A DNA stretch of 64,000 nucleotides, taken from the IMG/VR virus record IMGVR_UViG_3300045988_173726, positions 32,001 to 96,000 of that record; one strand, given 5' to 3'. Below the pieces are notes generated by a model. The model was not told the DNA's origin and made no database searches. It saw only the letters and a program-made list of their open reading frames with translations. The stretch comes from a virus. Of this stretch, positions 45,787 to 54,376 are shown piece after piece. The position numbers were made by a program, and so were the translations under genes. Numbering within the stretch: position 1 is the first letter of the stretch; every line of letters starts with the position of its first letter.

Positions 45787-46569
45787 ATGAAGATTTTAGC
45801 AGGGTTAGTGGCACTAGTTGTCACGGCAGGGTGCATGATAGCGGTTGGGAAGGTGTCGGATAAAATATACCAAAGGAAGCACGCGCTAAAGATAAAGTTT
45901 ATCGCGGGAGCGTTGCGTCTTTTAATCGTAGCGGTGTTTATCTGCGCAGAGATGTATATATTTGGTGGCTCGGACGGGTTAGGCAGCAAGATACTCGGTG
46001 GTTCGACTTTGATTGTGGCAGTTTTAACCTTTACAGCGCAACAAGCATTGGGAAATATCATAAGCGGGTTTTCTATAAGTTTATCGAAGCCTATCGAGGT
46101 CGGACAGAAGGTTAAGATAGTGCAGGGGTCAAATATCATAGCAGAGGGGATAGTAAAGGATATGTCGGTTCGGCATATCATAATAACGACATTTGACGGG
46201 CAGAGCTGTATTGTGCCAAACAGCATAGTAGAGAACAGTGTGATATTGAATACGAATTACGAGAAGGATGTAGGTAATTTTGTAGAGTTTGAGGTGGGTT
46301 ACGGGACAGATATAGAGTTTGCGAAGGCTTTAATCGTGGCAGAGTGTTCAAAAGAGCCTTTAATCATTCGTCCTGTGAAGGTATCCGTAAATCGGTATAC
46401 AGCAAACGGGGTAGTGTTAAAGCTTACGATATGGACAGAGCATTTGGACGACAACTTTGCGATATGCGGGCGGCTTAGGGAGAGTATGTTAAAGCTGTTT
46501 ATAAGTTTCGGGATAGAGTTGCCGTATAATCATGTTACGGTAGGTAGACTAGGCGACACGGAGCGTTAG
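45787..46569 (+). CDS. mscS: MscS-family small-conductance mechanosensitive channel
   Basis: Three N-terminal TM helices, then FTAQQALGNIISGFSISLSKPIEVGQKVKI...GIVKDMSVRHIIITTFDGQSCIVPNS (pore helix plus beta-domain signature). Confidence 0.7.
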   Translation: MKILAGLVALVVTAGCMIAVGKVSDKIYQRKHALKIKFIAGALRLLIVAVFICAEMYIFGGSDGLGSKILGGSTLIVAVLTFTAQQALGNIISGFSISLSKPIEVGQKVKIVQGSNIIAEGIVKDMSVRHIIITTFDGQSCIVPNSIVENSVILNTNYEKDVGNFVEFEVGYGTDIEFAKALIVAECSKEPLIIRPVKVSVNRYTANGVVLKLTIWTEHLDDNFAICGRLRESMLKLFISFGIELPYNHVTVGRLGDTER

Positions 46570-48163
46570 AAGGTAAGTTTCTATAGGTACAAGGCTGAAA
46601 GAAAGCAAGTTTTATGGTTAAGCGCGGGGAGATTAGTTTATCGGGGGTTTGCTAGGGTTTTTGTGTCATGTGTTTGGGGCGTAGTTTAGCGGTAGCTTTG
46701 CGGTGGCGTTTGTGTGTGAAAGAAAGTTTAGGTTGGTACAAGTCCAGCGAAACGAAAGTTTAGATATATGGAGAGCGCTAGAAAGGAAGTTTAGGATTTA
46801 GAGCGTGACACGGGGTTTGCCCTTAGACGGGTTGGCTTTCCCTTATTTGGGACACAAGTTTAAGGGATGTAGGCGGGCTTTACGAGTAACAGAGTGCTGT
46901 CTTGGGAATCGACTGGAGGTGGCTTGAGGCTGTGACACATGCTGGGAACAGGTGATTTTAGAAGCAAGAAAGTAAACTTCCTAGGAACTTCTGCGTGGAA
47001 AGGTTGGTTTATCTGAATAAGAAAGCTTCTAAAGCAAGTTTAGGGCTTACGGGAAATCCGTAAGCCCTTTTTAATGTTGGGGTTTTGGGCAGAGAGTTAG
47101 GCGGGTGACGGGGTTGGGAAGGTAAGTTTCTTGTCGATTTCGGGGCTAAAAAGAAAGTTTACGGGGTTCGCGGGATGGCGGGTTTCCATTGAGCTACGCT
47201 TCTAAAAAGCAAGTTTCCCCGAAGAGTTTGATTGTGAAAAGAAAGTTCCGCTGGGTGGATGGGGTTTCGTTGAAAGTAAGTTTCCTCGTAAATTCTGGCA
47301 GGAGAAAGGAAGTTTCTGGTGATGGCGGGGCGCTGGGTGTTTATAAGGTTAGGCTAAAAGTTGACAGATAAACTAGGGTAATGCCTTGTAATAGTTATAA
47401 AGGCAATTCTGGTAGGTGTGCTGGTTTGCTGGATTGGTTTGCGATTACGGTTGTTTGTTTTGTAATCCGTGCATAAATTCAAGTTTCTTGAGGACTTGCT
47501 TGGATAGAAAGTAAGTTTAAGTAATACCTAGCTGTAATTGAAGAAAAATCAGTAAATGAGCTTTGAGTTAGAAAGCAAGTTTCTCGGTATACTTTTAGTT
47601 CAAAAAGGAAGTTTATAAACGGACGAGTATCCGACAAGTTTTCGATTTGATTTTAACGGGAAAATCTAGGGGGTTGAGGCTTTGTTTATCAGTTAAACAG
47701 TTGGACTCTTGTCATTTTGAAGTTAGAAAGTAAGTTTCAGAGATACCTATAGAAGCGAAAAGTAAGCTTCTAGTATTTAAGAATTGGCTGGTTGTTGAGG
47801 GAAAACTGCTTTGATACTTGAGAATTTCTTTGCGCTATTGAAAATCGTTAGAAAGTAAGTTTCAAGTGATACTTTGGCAGTCGAAAGGAAGTTTCCGTTT
47901 TTAGCTATGCAAAGCGGATTTTCCGTGTCGTTGAAACTTTCTTTCCTGGCTGGTTTTGTGATTTCGTTAGAAAGTAAGTTTCCCCTTAAACATCAGTGTT
48001 AGAAAGTAAGTTTCAGATATACCAAACGACTTGAAAGAAATCGCAAAATATGGTATAGTTGAGGTGCAGTTAGAAGAAAGTAAGTTTCCGAGATACCTGT
48101 ATACGAAGAAAGGAAGTTTCAGCGAATCAAAGAAAAGCTATCTAGTATCTTGAAAGTAAGTTT
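46569..48163 (+). repeat. ORF-free array of at least 25 copies of the 13-mer GAAAGNAAGTTTC (iteron/operator- or promoter-like units)
   Basis: Perfect GAAAGTAAGTTTC at 47272, 47725, 47850, 47969, 48001, 48075 and 48151. GAAAGGAAGTTTC at 47304, 47882 and 48107. GAAAGCAAGTTTC at 47570. GAAGGTAAGTTTC at 46569 and 47118. Many 1-2-mismatch copies, and one inverted copy at 47932. Confidence 0.85.
47043..47072 (+). terminator. Strong intrinsic terminator inside the repeat array
   Basis: Perfect 10-bp stem GGGCTTACGG-GAAAT-CCGTAAGCCC followed by TTTTT. Confidence 0.75.
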
Positions 48164-48327
48164 CGCCTTTCCGAGCGTTTTTCCTTGGAAAGCTAAAGTG
48201 CGCTACACCTTGATGTTCTGCGAGCTTTCTTTTAATCAGAGTGGATTCCTTGTATTGGAGCGAGTACACAGGTATTTCGTCCTATAAATTTTATTACTAA
48301 TTTTATGCTTATTTGGAGGTATGAGTT

Positions 48328-49362
48328 ATGAGGCTAGTTAAGATTCTGTCTTTTGCGTGCGCTGTTTCGCTTTTAGCGGCAAGTGCTACAGCTTGTGGTA
48401 AAGGGAAGGTTTCCGTAAACGCGGAAAACAGCAAAGAAGCTGTGAAGCCTGCGAATGTCGAGATAAAGGAGGCTCTTAATAAGATGTATGAGAGCGGTGG
48501 AATGACTTTGACGCGGGTAGATAAGAACACGACAATTACGACAATCTATGACAATTCTGGACAGGCATATGTGCAGTCTGGATATACGGCTGGGGTTTAT
48601 CTCTTAGGAGATAAGCTTTTGACCGTGAAAGAGGGCGTTGACGGGGGGAGTCCTAAGTTTGTTTTGACAGATGACATTTCGCCTGCGCGTATGGTAGAGG
48701 TAGCGTGTGATTTTGCAGATAAGGGCGGTGCAAGTTTAACAGAGACTACGGAAACGGGAAAAGAGCCTAAGGATACTTCGGAAAGGTCGTTTGAAATAGC
48801 GGTTTCTGGCAGTAATATCTACGAGCTTTATAAGTCCGTGAGTAAGAGCTACGCAGAGAATATTTTGCCTCTATACAATTACAAAAATTCGGACGAGTTT
48901 GTGGCCGGTGATAAATTCGTTGTCGGAATTTCTACTACAGAGAATAATTTGAGCCTCGACATGTATATAGTGTCGCATAACGCTCCGAATGAGCGGGTGC
49001 ATATCGTAGGGTTTGATGGCTATGTGCCGCTGGGCGGCTGGTCGCTTGACGGGTCGATTAATAGTGAGATGGATTTAGGCGACTACGATGGCATTAAGGA
49101 AAAATTACAGGCAATGCAGAATGACCTGTCGGAAAAGATACAGAAATATGTTGCGGAGCATGAGGAAGAGTTGCTTGTGAGCGAGGCTACAGCAGAAACA
49201 AATGTAGGTAAGGAGACTGTAGACGGTAGCGAGAGCGTAGAGGAGAGTAGCATAGAAAGCGGGTCGGAAGAGAGCGCCGAGAGCAGTTTATCTGAAAGCT
49301 TGAAAAGCACGGAAGAAAGCACAGAAGTATCCGATACAAGTGAGCAGGAGTCGGGAAATTGA
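48328..49362 (+). CDS. Lipoprotein, unknown function, acidic Ser/Glu-rich C-terminus
   Basis: GGAGG SD. Signal peptide MRLVKILSFACAVSLLAASATAC with a lipobox-like ATAC. Confidence 0.65.
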   Translation: MRLVKILSFACAVSLLAASATACGKGKVSVNAENSKEAVKPANVEIKEALNKMYESGGMTLTRVDKNTTITTIYDNSGQAYVQSGYTAGVYLLGDKLLTVKEGVDGGSPKFVLTDDISPARMVEVACDFADKGGASLTETTETGKEPKDTSERSFEIAVSGSNIYELYKSVSKSYAENILPLYNYKNSDEFVAGDKFVVGISTTENNLSLDMYIVSHNAPNERVHIVGFDGYVPLGGWSLDGSINSEMDLGDYDGIKEKLQAMQNDLSEKIQKYVAEHEEELLVSEATAETNVGKETVDGSESVEESSIESGSEESAESSLSESLKSTEESTEVSDTSEQESGN

Positions 49363-49401
49363 GCTATAGAGACGCGCGGTATCGCATAATAGGTGCTAGA
49401 T

Positions 49402-50052
49402 ATGGATTTAGTGACGGCTCTTCAAATGTACGGGTATCACTCGGTAGAAGAGGTTAAGATTGAGATAACTACAAGGGTTTATAGGCGGCTTGTAAAAGAG
49501 AACCATCCAGATAATACGGAGAGTCCCAGATATTTGGTTGGGGATATTACGGATGCGCGGGGGTTGCTAAACAGCGTAGCAGACGGTAGCTATTCGTCTA
49601 ACAGTAGCTTCGCAAACGCTCAAAGAAATAGCGGATTTAACAAGAGAAGTTATAATAGTCAGCCTTTTACGCGGGAGAATGATTTTAGAAGCGGAAGTAA
49701 TGTTAGATATGGCATGCCCTATCCCGTGAAGTTAGAGGGTTTGCAAGAACTGTTTCAGCCTGGTCGTGTCTACTATGGGGACGATAACTATTTTGTTCTT
49801 GATAGAGGCGTTCGGCGCGTTGTTTATGTGATGTTTAAGGCACAGGTAACGCAGGGTGGGGAGAAAGTAGAATACACTTTCCCGAAGAAGGTTTCGGAGA
49901 GTAATAAGTATCAGCTGTCGTTATCGCTTGAAAAGGCAATGGGTTCGGCAGTCATTGAGGTTTATGGAAGAAGATTTGAGGTTTCCAGTAGTGTCCGTAG
50001 CCTTAAAGTGGGATTTAATGGAGTAACTATTGTGCTTGATATAATGTTTTGA
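49402..50052 (+). CDS. J-domain (DnaJ-like) protein
   Basis: ORF 49393..50052 trimmed to ATG 49402. The N-terminal helix-HPD pattern EEVKIEITTRVYRRLVKENHPDN contains the HPD tripeptide. Confidence 0.55.
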   Translation: MDLVTALQMYGYHSVEEVKIEITTRVYRRLVKENHPDNTESPRYLVGDITDARGLLNSVADGSYSSNSSFANAQRNSGFNKRSYNSQPFTRENDFRSGSNVRYGMPYPVKLEGLQELFQPGRVYYGDDNYFVLDRGVRRVVYVMFKAQVTQGGEKVEYTFPKKVSESNKYQLSLSLEKAMGSAVIEVYGRRFEVSSSVRSLKVGFNGVTIVLDIMF

Positions 50053-50063
50053 CGGAGGAAGAT

Positions 50064-50570
50064 ATGATTAAGAAAAGTGGAGAAAACGGTTCACCTGCTA
50101 GAAAGACGCTTCATGTTCTGGTTGGTAATTACGGTGAGTTTCATAGAATCTTGCAAGAGGGCGTTGTTTATACGCTTTCCCCGCGCGGAGGCTACGAGAT
50201 AGATATGTCTGTAAACGGAGTGTTGTATAGCACTTTTGACGCAAGGAGTATAAGCCTTGCAGAGATAGTGTCTACGATGCCCGTTCGGGATAGGCATGTA
50301 GCGGTAGAGTTTGTGGGGGTCTTGTCAAAGCTTTGCACGATAGATGTTTTGTCGGAAATTATGGCAAAAAAGTATAGACTGGTTGTAACAGGCGGGGACG
50401 CGCTGTCTGGAATTTACGATTTGCTTTGTAAGACCTATGGTGAATCTGGTTTTAGTGTGTCTATGGACGACTTAAAGACAGTGTGCAGGAGTAGGGCAGA
50501 TTTTGTAGGGGCGTATCGTGCATTTGCGGGAGTAAACGGTGTTATGGGAAATCGCGGGATGCGGGGCTGA
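50064..50570 (+). CDS. Hypothetical protein
   Basis: ORF 50049..50570 trimmed to ATG 50064 after GGAGGAAG. Confidence 0.6.
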   Translation: MIKKSGENGSPARKTLHVLVGNYGEFHRILQEGVVYTLSPRGGYEIDMSVNGVLYSTFDARSISLAEIVSTMPVRDRHVAVEFVGVLSKLCTIDVLSEIMAKKYRLVVTGGDALSGIYDLLCKTYGESGFSVSMDDLKTVCRSRADFVGAYRAFAGVNGVMGNRGMRG

Positions 50571-50783
50571 TTGACAGGGTGTTTATTGGACAAATCTAAT
50601 GGTTAGTTTGTAATTGCCATTAGATTTAAGGCTTCTGTGTTAGGTTTTGGGCGCTTCGGTGTGCGAGACAAGTGACAGAGATGTCGCGACAGGTTTATCT
50701 GGGTATGCTTGGTTTGATAGTTGAACCTTGCATTTTGACTAGTAAGCTAATTTGTAGCTAGACCTGTGAAAATTCAAAGCGTT

Positions 50784-50821
50784 GCGGGGAGCGGATAGAA
50801 GAAATCCGTTTCCCGCTTTTT
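50784..50821 (+). terminator. Intrinsic terminator
   Basis: GCGGGGAGCGGA / TCCGTTTCCCGC stem (G-T pairs) followed by TTTTT. Confidence 0.6.
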
Positions 50822-51191
50822 ATTTCTAATCTTTTGTGTGTAATCTTTGTGGTCTTGGAAGAATATCCTAGACCCTATTAGAATTAAGCAGTACACATGG
50901 CTTTCTTGCTTATAAATTTAGGCTTGCTTTGCCGCGCCTTTTGGCTGTTTATCTGCTGATTTATTTTGCGTCTTTTCGTGTAGAAAATGGCGTGCAATTT
51001 TGCGCGATTTCTAGGATTTTATAGGGCTTTATTTTTCAAAATTCCGTGCGAGGGCGTGCAGAGCGGGTTTTCCTAGGGGCGCGGGAAAATTTTTGGCAGG
51101 GGCAAAGGCAAAATCCTGTCCAAAAGAAACAAGTACACTTAAGGAGTCGCAATTTGATAAAGTTCTCCGTTTATTCGGAAAAGGAGTTATT

Positions 51192-52328
51192 ATGAGGCGC
51201 AGTACAATCAAAAAGATAGCAGTTATTTCTTTATCAGTAATGGCAATACTTATGCTTTCGCTTGCAATAATTTTTAATCATTATTATAGCAAGCTACGGC
51301 GAGCGAGTAATAGTAATGCCTTGGCTACCCGTCAAAATGCGTTGGAGTCTGCGAGTGTTGGTTTGGATTTTGATGGCTTATCGGAAGAGCTGGACAAAAG
51401 TATCTTAGATGCGTTGACTAGTGAGATTTTGTGTGAGCAATCTAGGGTAATAGCGGATGAACAGGTAAAGGCGCTAGGGTCGGAGCTTGAGAAGCAGTCT
51501 ATTTCAAATATCTTGCTTGTAGGTGTAGACAATCGAGAGGGTAAGTTTGACGGAAATAGCGATACTATCATAATCGTGTCTATAGATAGGGCTAGGAAGC
51601 GTATAACGCTAACGAGTGTGCTTAGAGACACACTGGTTTATCTGGACGGCTACGGGAGCAGGAGGATTAACGCGGCATATGCGCTTGGTGGAGCAGAGGG
51701 CTTGGAGTCAGTCCTAAAAGAGATATACGGAATAGATTTCTCTGGTTTTCTGGTAGTAAACTTTAATGCAGTTAGAAACGCGGTTGATAAGGTAGGTGGT
51801 ATTGACTTAGCACTAAGTAAAGACGAGATACGGCTAATGAACGCCTATGTAAACGAGCAGAATAGGCTCATAGGGGACGACCCAGAGAAGGATGTGATTC
51901 GTAGCTATAAAGGTGGGGTGATGCACTTAAACGGCAATCAAGCCTTGGGGTATGCTCGGAATCGGTATGTAGGCACAGATTTTCATAGGACGATGCGGCA
52001 AAGAGTTGTAATTGAGAAGTGTTTGTCAAAGTTAAAGCGGTTAAATGTGCTTGAGCTTGGCAGTTTAGCGGACAGTGTTCTTCCAGAGGTTTATACAGAT
52101 TTAACGGAAAAAGATGTAGCTTCGCTATTACTAGTTGGCATTGACCTTGGTAGCTACAAAATATCGAGTCTTACGCTTCCTGTAGACGGAAGTTTTGATT
52201 TTGTAAAAGTCGGCGGGCAGGATGTGATAAAGGTAAATTTTAGGAAGAACGCTGATACATGGTATCAAACAATCTTAGCGAGCGACAGCGATGCGCTCAA
52301 AATTGATAGAAAAGTAGTTGACGATTAA
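51192..52328 (+). CDS. LytR-CpsA-Psr (LCP) family cell-wall glycopolymer ligase
   Basis: ORF 51093..52328 trimmed to ATG 51192 after AAGGAG. TM anchor, then NILLVGVDNREG...SDTIIIVSIDRARKRITLTSVLRDT...RINAAYALGG...LNGNQALGYARNRY...DFHRTMRQ. Confidence 0.75.
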   Translation: MRRSTIKKIAVISLSVMAILMLSLAIIFNHYYSKLRRASNSNALATRQNALESASVGLDFDGLSEELDKSILDALTSEILCEQSRVIADEQVKALGSELEKQSISNILLVGVDNREGKFDGNSDTIIIVSIDRARKRITLTSVLRDTLVYLDGYGSRRINAAYALGGAEGLESVLKEIYGIDFSGFLVVNFNAVRNAVDKVGGIDLALSKDEIRLMNAYVNEQNRLIGDDPEKDVIRSYKGGVMHLNGNQALGYARNRYVGTDFHRTMRQRVVIEKCLSKLKRLNVLELGSLADSVLPEVYTDLTEKDVASLLLVGIDLGSYKISSLTLPVDGSFDFVKVGGQDVIKVNFRKNADTWYQTILASDSDALKIDRKVVDD

Positions 52329-52386
52329 CGCGCAATCTGCTAAACTGTCTTTAGCAGTTAGGTAGTTTGCAGGAGGCACGAGAGGT

Positions 52387-52458
52387 ATGGTTCTGGTAGG
52401 AGTGCTTTTGCTGGTAGGTGTAGTTTATCTGGTAGTCACGGCAAGTGAAAACGAATAA
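52387..52458 (+). CDS. Candidate 23-aa hydrophobic micro-peptide
   Basis: ATG after GCAGGAGG...GAGAGG. Sequence MVLVGVLLLVGVVYLVVTASENE. Confidence 0.3.
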   Translation: MVLVGVLLLVGVVYLVVTASENE

Positions 52459-52470
52459 GGGGGTAAGGAA

Positions 52471-52956
52471 ATGGCAGACAGAAAGTGGGACAGATTTTCC
52501 CGTGACGGTGGCTTGCAGTTGGAAGGTGACGCTTATAAGGGCGATTTCGAGGAGCGTTATTATGTGGGTGCATACGGTTATGGGCTTCATGTGTCGGGAG
52601 ATGAGCCGTATTTCTACGGTGGCATCAAGTATGCGGGCTTCCAGAATGTGTGTGAAGAGGTAAACGAGCCATCCATTAATGTTCTTGACCCGCTTCGTAG
52701 AGATGTTTCCGAAGTTGACGCGCTTAAGGACGCCGAAGAGCTGAATGTCATGGATTGGTTTGAGAACGGATTGTTGCCGATTGAGGTTTCCGCAGGTCTT
52801 AATGACGGAGAGCTTGTAATGAGCGCAACGGGCAAGGTTTATGCGGAACAGGGCAGTGATGCAGTTTATTTCGCTGAATATCGGTCTGTGTGGAAGAGTT
52901 GGCATCCGTTTGAGACAAAGAAGGAAGAACTCTTATATCTTCCGTTTGTTGACTAA
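52471..52956 (+). CDS. Hypothetical protein
   Basis: 161-aa ORF with AAGGGGGTAAGG SD. Preferred over the overlapping minus-strand ORF 52351..52905. Confidence 0.65.
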   Translation: MADRKWDRFSRDGGLQLEGDAYKGDFEERYYVGAYGYGLHVSGDEPYFYGGIKYAGFQNVCEEVNEPSINVLDPLRRDVSEVDALKDAEELNVMDWFENGLLPIEVSAGLNDGELVMSATGKVYAEQGSDAVYFAEYRSVWKSWHPFETKKEELLYLPFVD

Positions 52957-52974
52957 GAATTTGGAGGGTAAGTC

Positions 52975-53031
52975 GTGATTTATATTATTGTGCTGGCAGG
53001 CTTCGCCCTGCTAGTGCGTTTAAGTAGATAA
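52975..53031 (+). CDS. Candidate 18-aa hydrophobic micro-peptide
   Basis: GTG after GGAGGGTAAGTC. Sequence (M)IYIIVLAGFALLVRLSR. Confidence 0.25.
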   Translation: MIYIIVLAGFALLVRLSR

Positions 53032-53047
53032 CGGGGAGTAGTTGGAA

Positions 53048-53245
53048 ATGGGAGAGAATAATCGCCTTAAACTTGCGAGTAAGCCAAAGCCCGAACAGTT
53101 TTTCACGATTTCTGGTCGGGATAAGTTGCTGGAATCTACGGGTTATGTAGTTTTTCGGGACGGATTAACTTTTGCAGAGTATCTGGACGAAGATGACGGT
53201 TCTATCTATTTAATGAGGTGTGAGTTACGCTATGCGGCTAAATGA
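53048..53245 (+). CDS. Small hypothetical protein
   Basis: ORF 53042..53245 trimmed to ATG 53048 after GGGGAG. Confidence 0.5.
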   Translation: MGENNRLKLASKPKPEQFFTISGRDKLLESTGYVVFRDGLTFAEYLDEDDGSIYLMRCELRYAAK

Positions 53246-53663
53246 GTATTGGAGACGGCTTAATCGTAGCGGGCTTCTTTGCTATCGTTGGACAGGTTTT
53301 GCGGAGTTTGCGGCTTGGTCGGAAGCGAACGGCTATCGTCCTTGGAGATTGCTCCATCGTAAAGACAAGAATGCGCTTTATAGCCCAGAAAACTGTTTCT
53401 GGGCTAGTTCCGTCCCAAGGAGTGAACCTGTTGTAAAGTGCGCAAGCTATGAAAAGACGGTTCGTATGCTCGGGCTTTATGACGTGCTGTTAGCAGAGAT
53501 TACAGAGGATGCAAAGCGAGCAGAGGCATGTTTAGAGGCTCTGTCCGAATCGGATTGGGTGAGTAGCAAAGATACTGCGCTTAAGCTTAAGAAAGAGGTG
53601 CAGTTGCTTATGCGGCGGGTTTCAGAAATCCGTTTAACTGCCCTTTATGACAAAGAGAAATAA
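53232..53663 (+). CDS. Phage DNA-binding-type protein with Y-x-P-x-N-C-x-W motif
   Basis: ORF 53220..53663 trimmed to ATG 53232. FAEFAAWSEANGYRPWRLLHRKDKNALYSPENCFWAS resembles the ...GY...L.R.D....Y.P.NC.W segment seen in many phage HNH-associated/DNA-binding proteins. Confidence 0.35.
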   Translation: MRLNEYWRRLNRSGLLCYRWTGFAEFAAWSEANGYRPWRLLHRKDKNALYSPENCFWASSVPRSEPVVKCASYEKTVRMLGLYDVLLAEITEDAKRAEACLEALSESDWVSSKDTALKLKKEVQLLMRRVSEIRLTALYDKEK

Positions 53664-53701
53664 CGGGAAAGATTTTTGGCTAGAGGCAGGGGTGAGTTAG
53701 A

Positions 53702-54376
53702 ATGCGTGGCAGACCTACAAAGTATCTTACAAATGTTCTTGAGAATCTAAAGACGGCTATCTATAACTACTACAACTTAAGCACGGGAGAGGTTAGAGAA
53801 GTAGGCTTAAACGAGGTACCACTTAGCAGAGAGCGGGGGGCTTTGCTTGGGGATTTAATTGATTTGTGCTTAAACACGAATTACTTGAGTCTTGAGGCAA
53901 GGGTTTATCTGCGTCACGGGCTTGTGCGCCTTCCGATGTTAAGCGAGGTCTTGCTAAATGAAGAGGGAGTTCGGTCGAGTTATAACGACTGTCGGAGCAA
54001 GGCTAGATATGCTTGTACGAAGTTGCGAGAGGATTTCGGTGAGAAAGCGGTTGTTCTAATTTTAGACCAGAGAGAACCTGACTTGAGCGAGCTGGCTGAC
54101 AAGGTTTGCAAGGTTCGTGAGAAGTATTGCAAAATTTCGGGTCTTAGTGACTACCTGTTAGATTTCGATAAAATAACGGCTACGCCTGTCGTAAAAGGCA
54201 ACGGAGAGATTACGCGGGTAGTCGGTCTTATGGGGGCTTACAGAAAAGAGACAGTAGACAAGTTTATCGGGATGAACAAGGAGACACTTGGTTTTATCAA
54301 GTATTTGATGAGCAGTGCTTATTATCGCGAGAAGTATCGTGATATAGTGCGTTTAATCGAGGGGAGCGAGCCGTGA
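53702..54376 (+). CDS. Hypothetical protein; N-terminal GRPTKY motif (small-terminase/HTH-like)
   Basis: The N-terminus MRGRPTKYLTN is reminiscent of N-terminal DNA-binding motifs of small terminase subunits. Weak call. Confidence 0.3.
   Translation: MRGRPTKYLTNVLENLKTAIYNYYNLSTGEVREVGLNEVPLSRERGALLGDLIDLCLNTNYLSLEARVYLRHGLVRLPMLSEVLLNEEGVRSSYNDCRSKARYACTKLREDFGEKAVVLILDQREPDLSELADKVCKVREKYCKISGLSDYLLDFDKITATPVVKGNGEITRVVGLMGAYRKETVDKFIGMNKETLGFIKYLMSSAYYREKYRDIVRLIEGSEP

Noticed and set aside
46569-48163. Possible CRISPR array, given the many short direct repeats in ORF-free DNA
   Set aside because: The repeat core is only 13 bp. Spacing is irregular (30-170 bp) apart from the 32-bp dyads. 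Repeats are degenerate, one is inverted, and no cas genes are adjacent. This is not CRISPR architecture.
52351-52905. 184-aa minus-strand ORF. Similar long minus-strand ORFs occur at 45708-46226, 18785-19255, 8897-9307, 2536-2949 and 36462-36728.
   Set aside because: All lie antisense to + strand genes that have SD sites and recognisable motifs. Their translations are low-complexity (Ser/Leu/Pro/Arg-rich) and lack SD sequences, which is typical of shadow ORFs.
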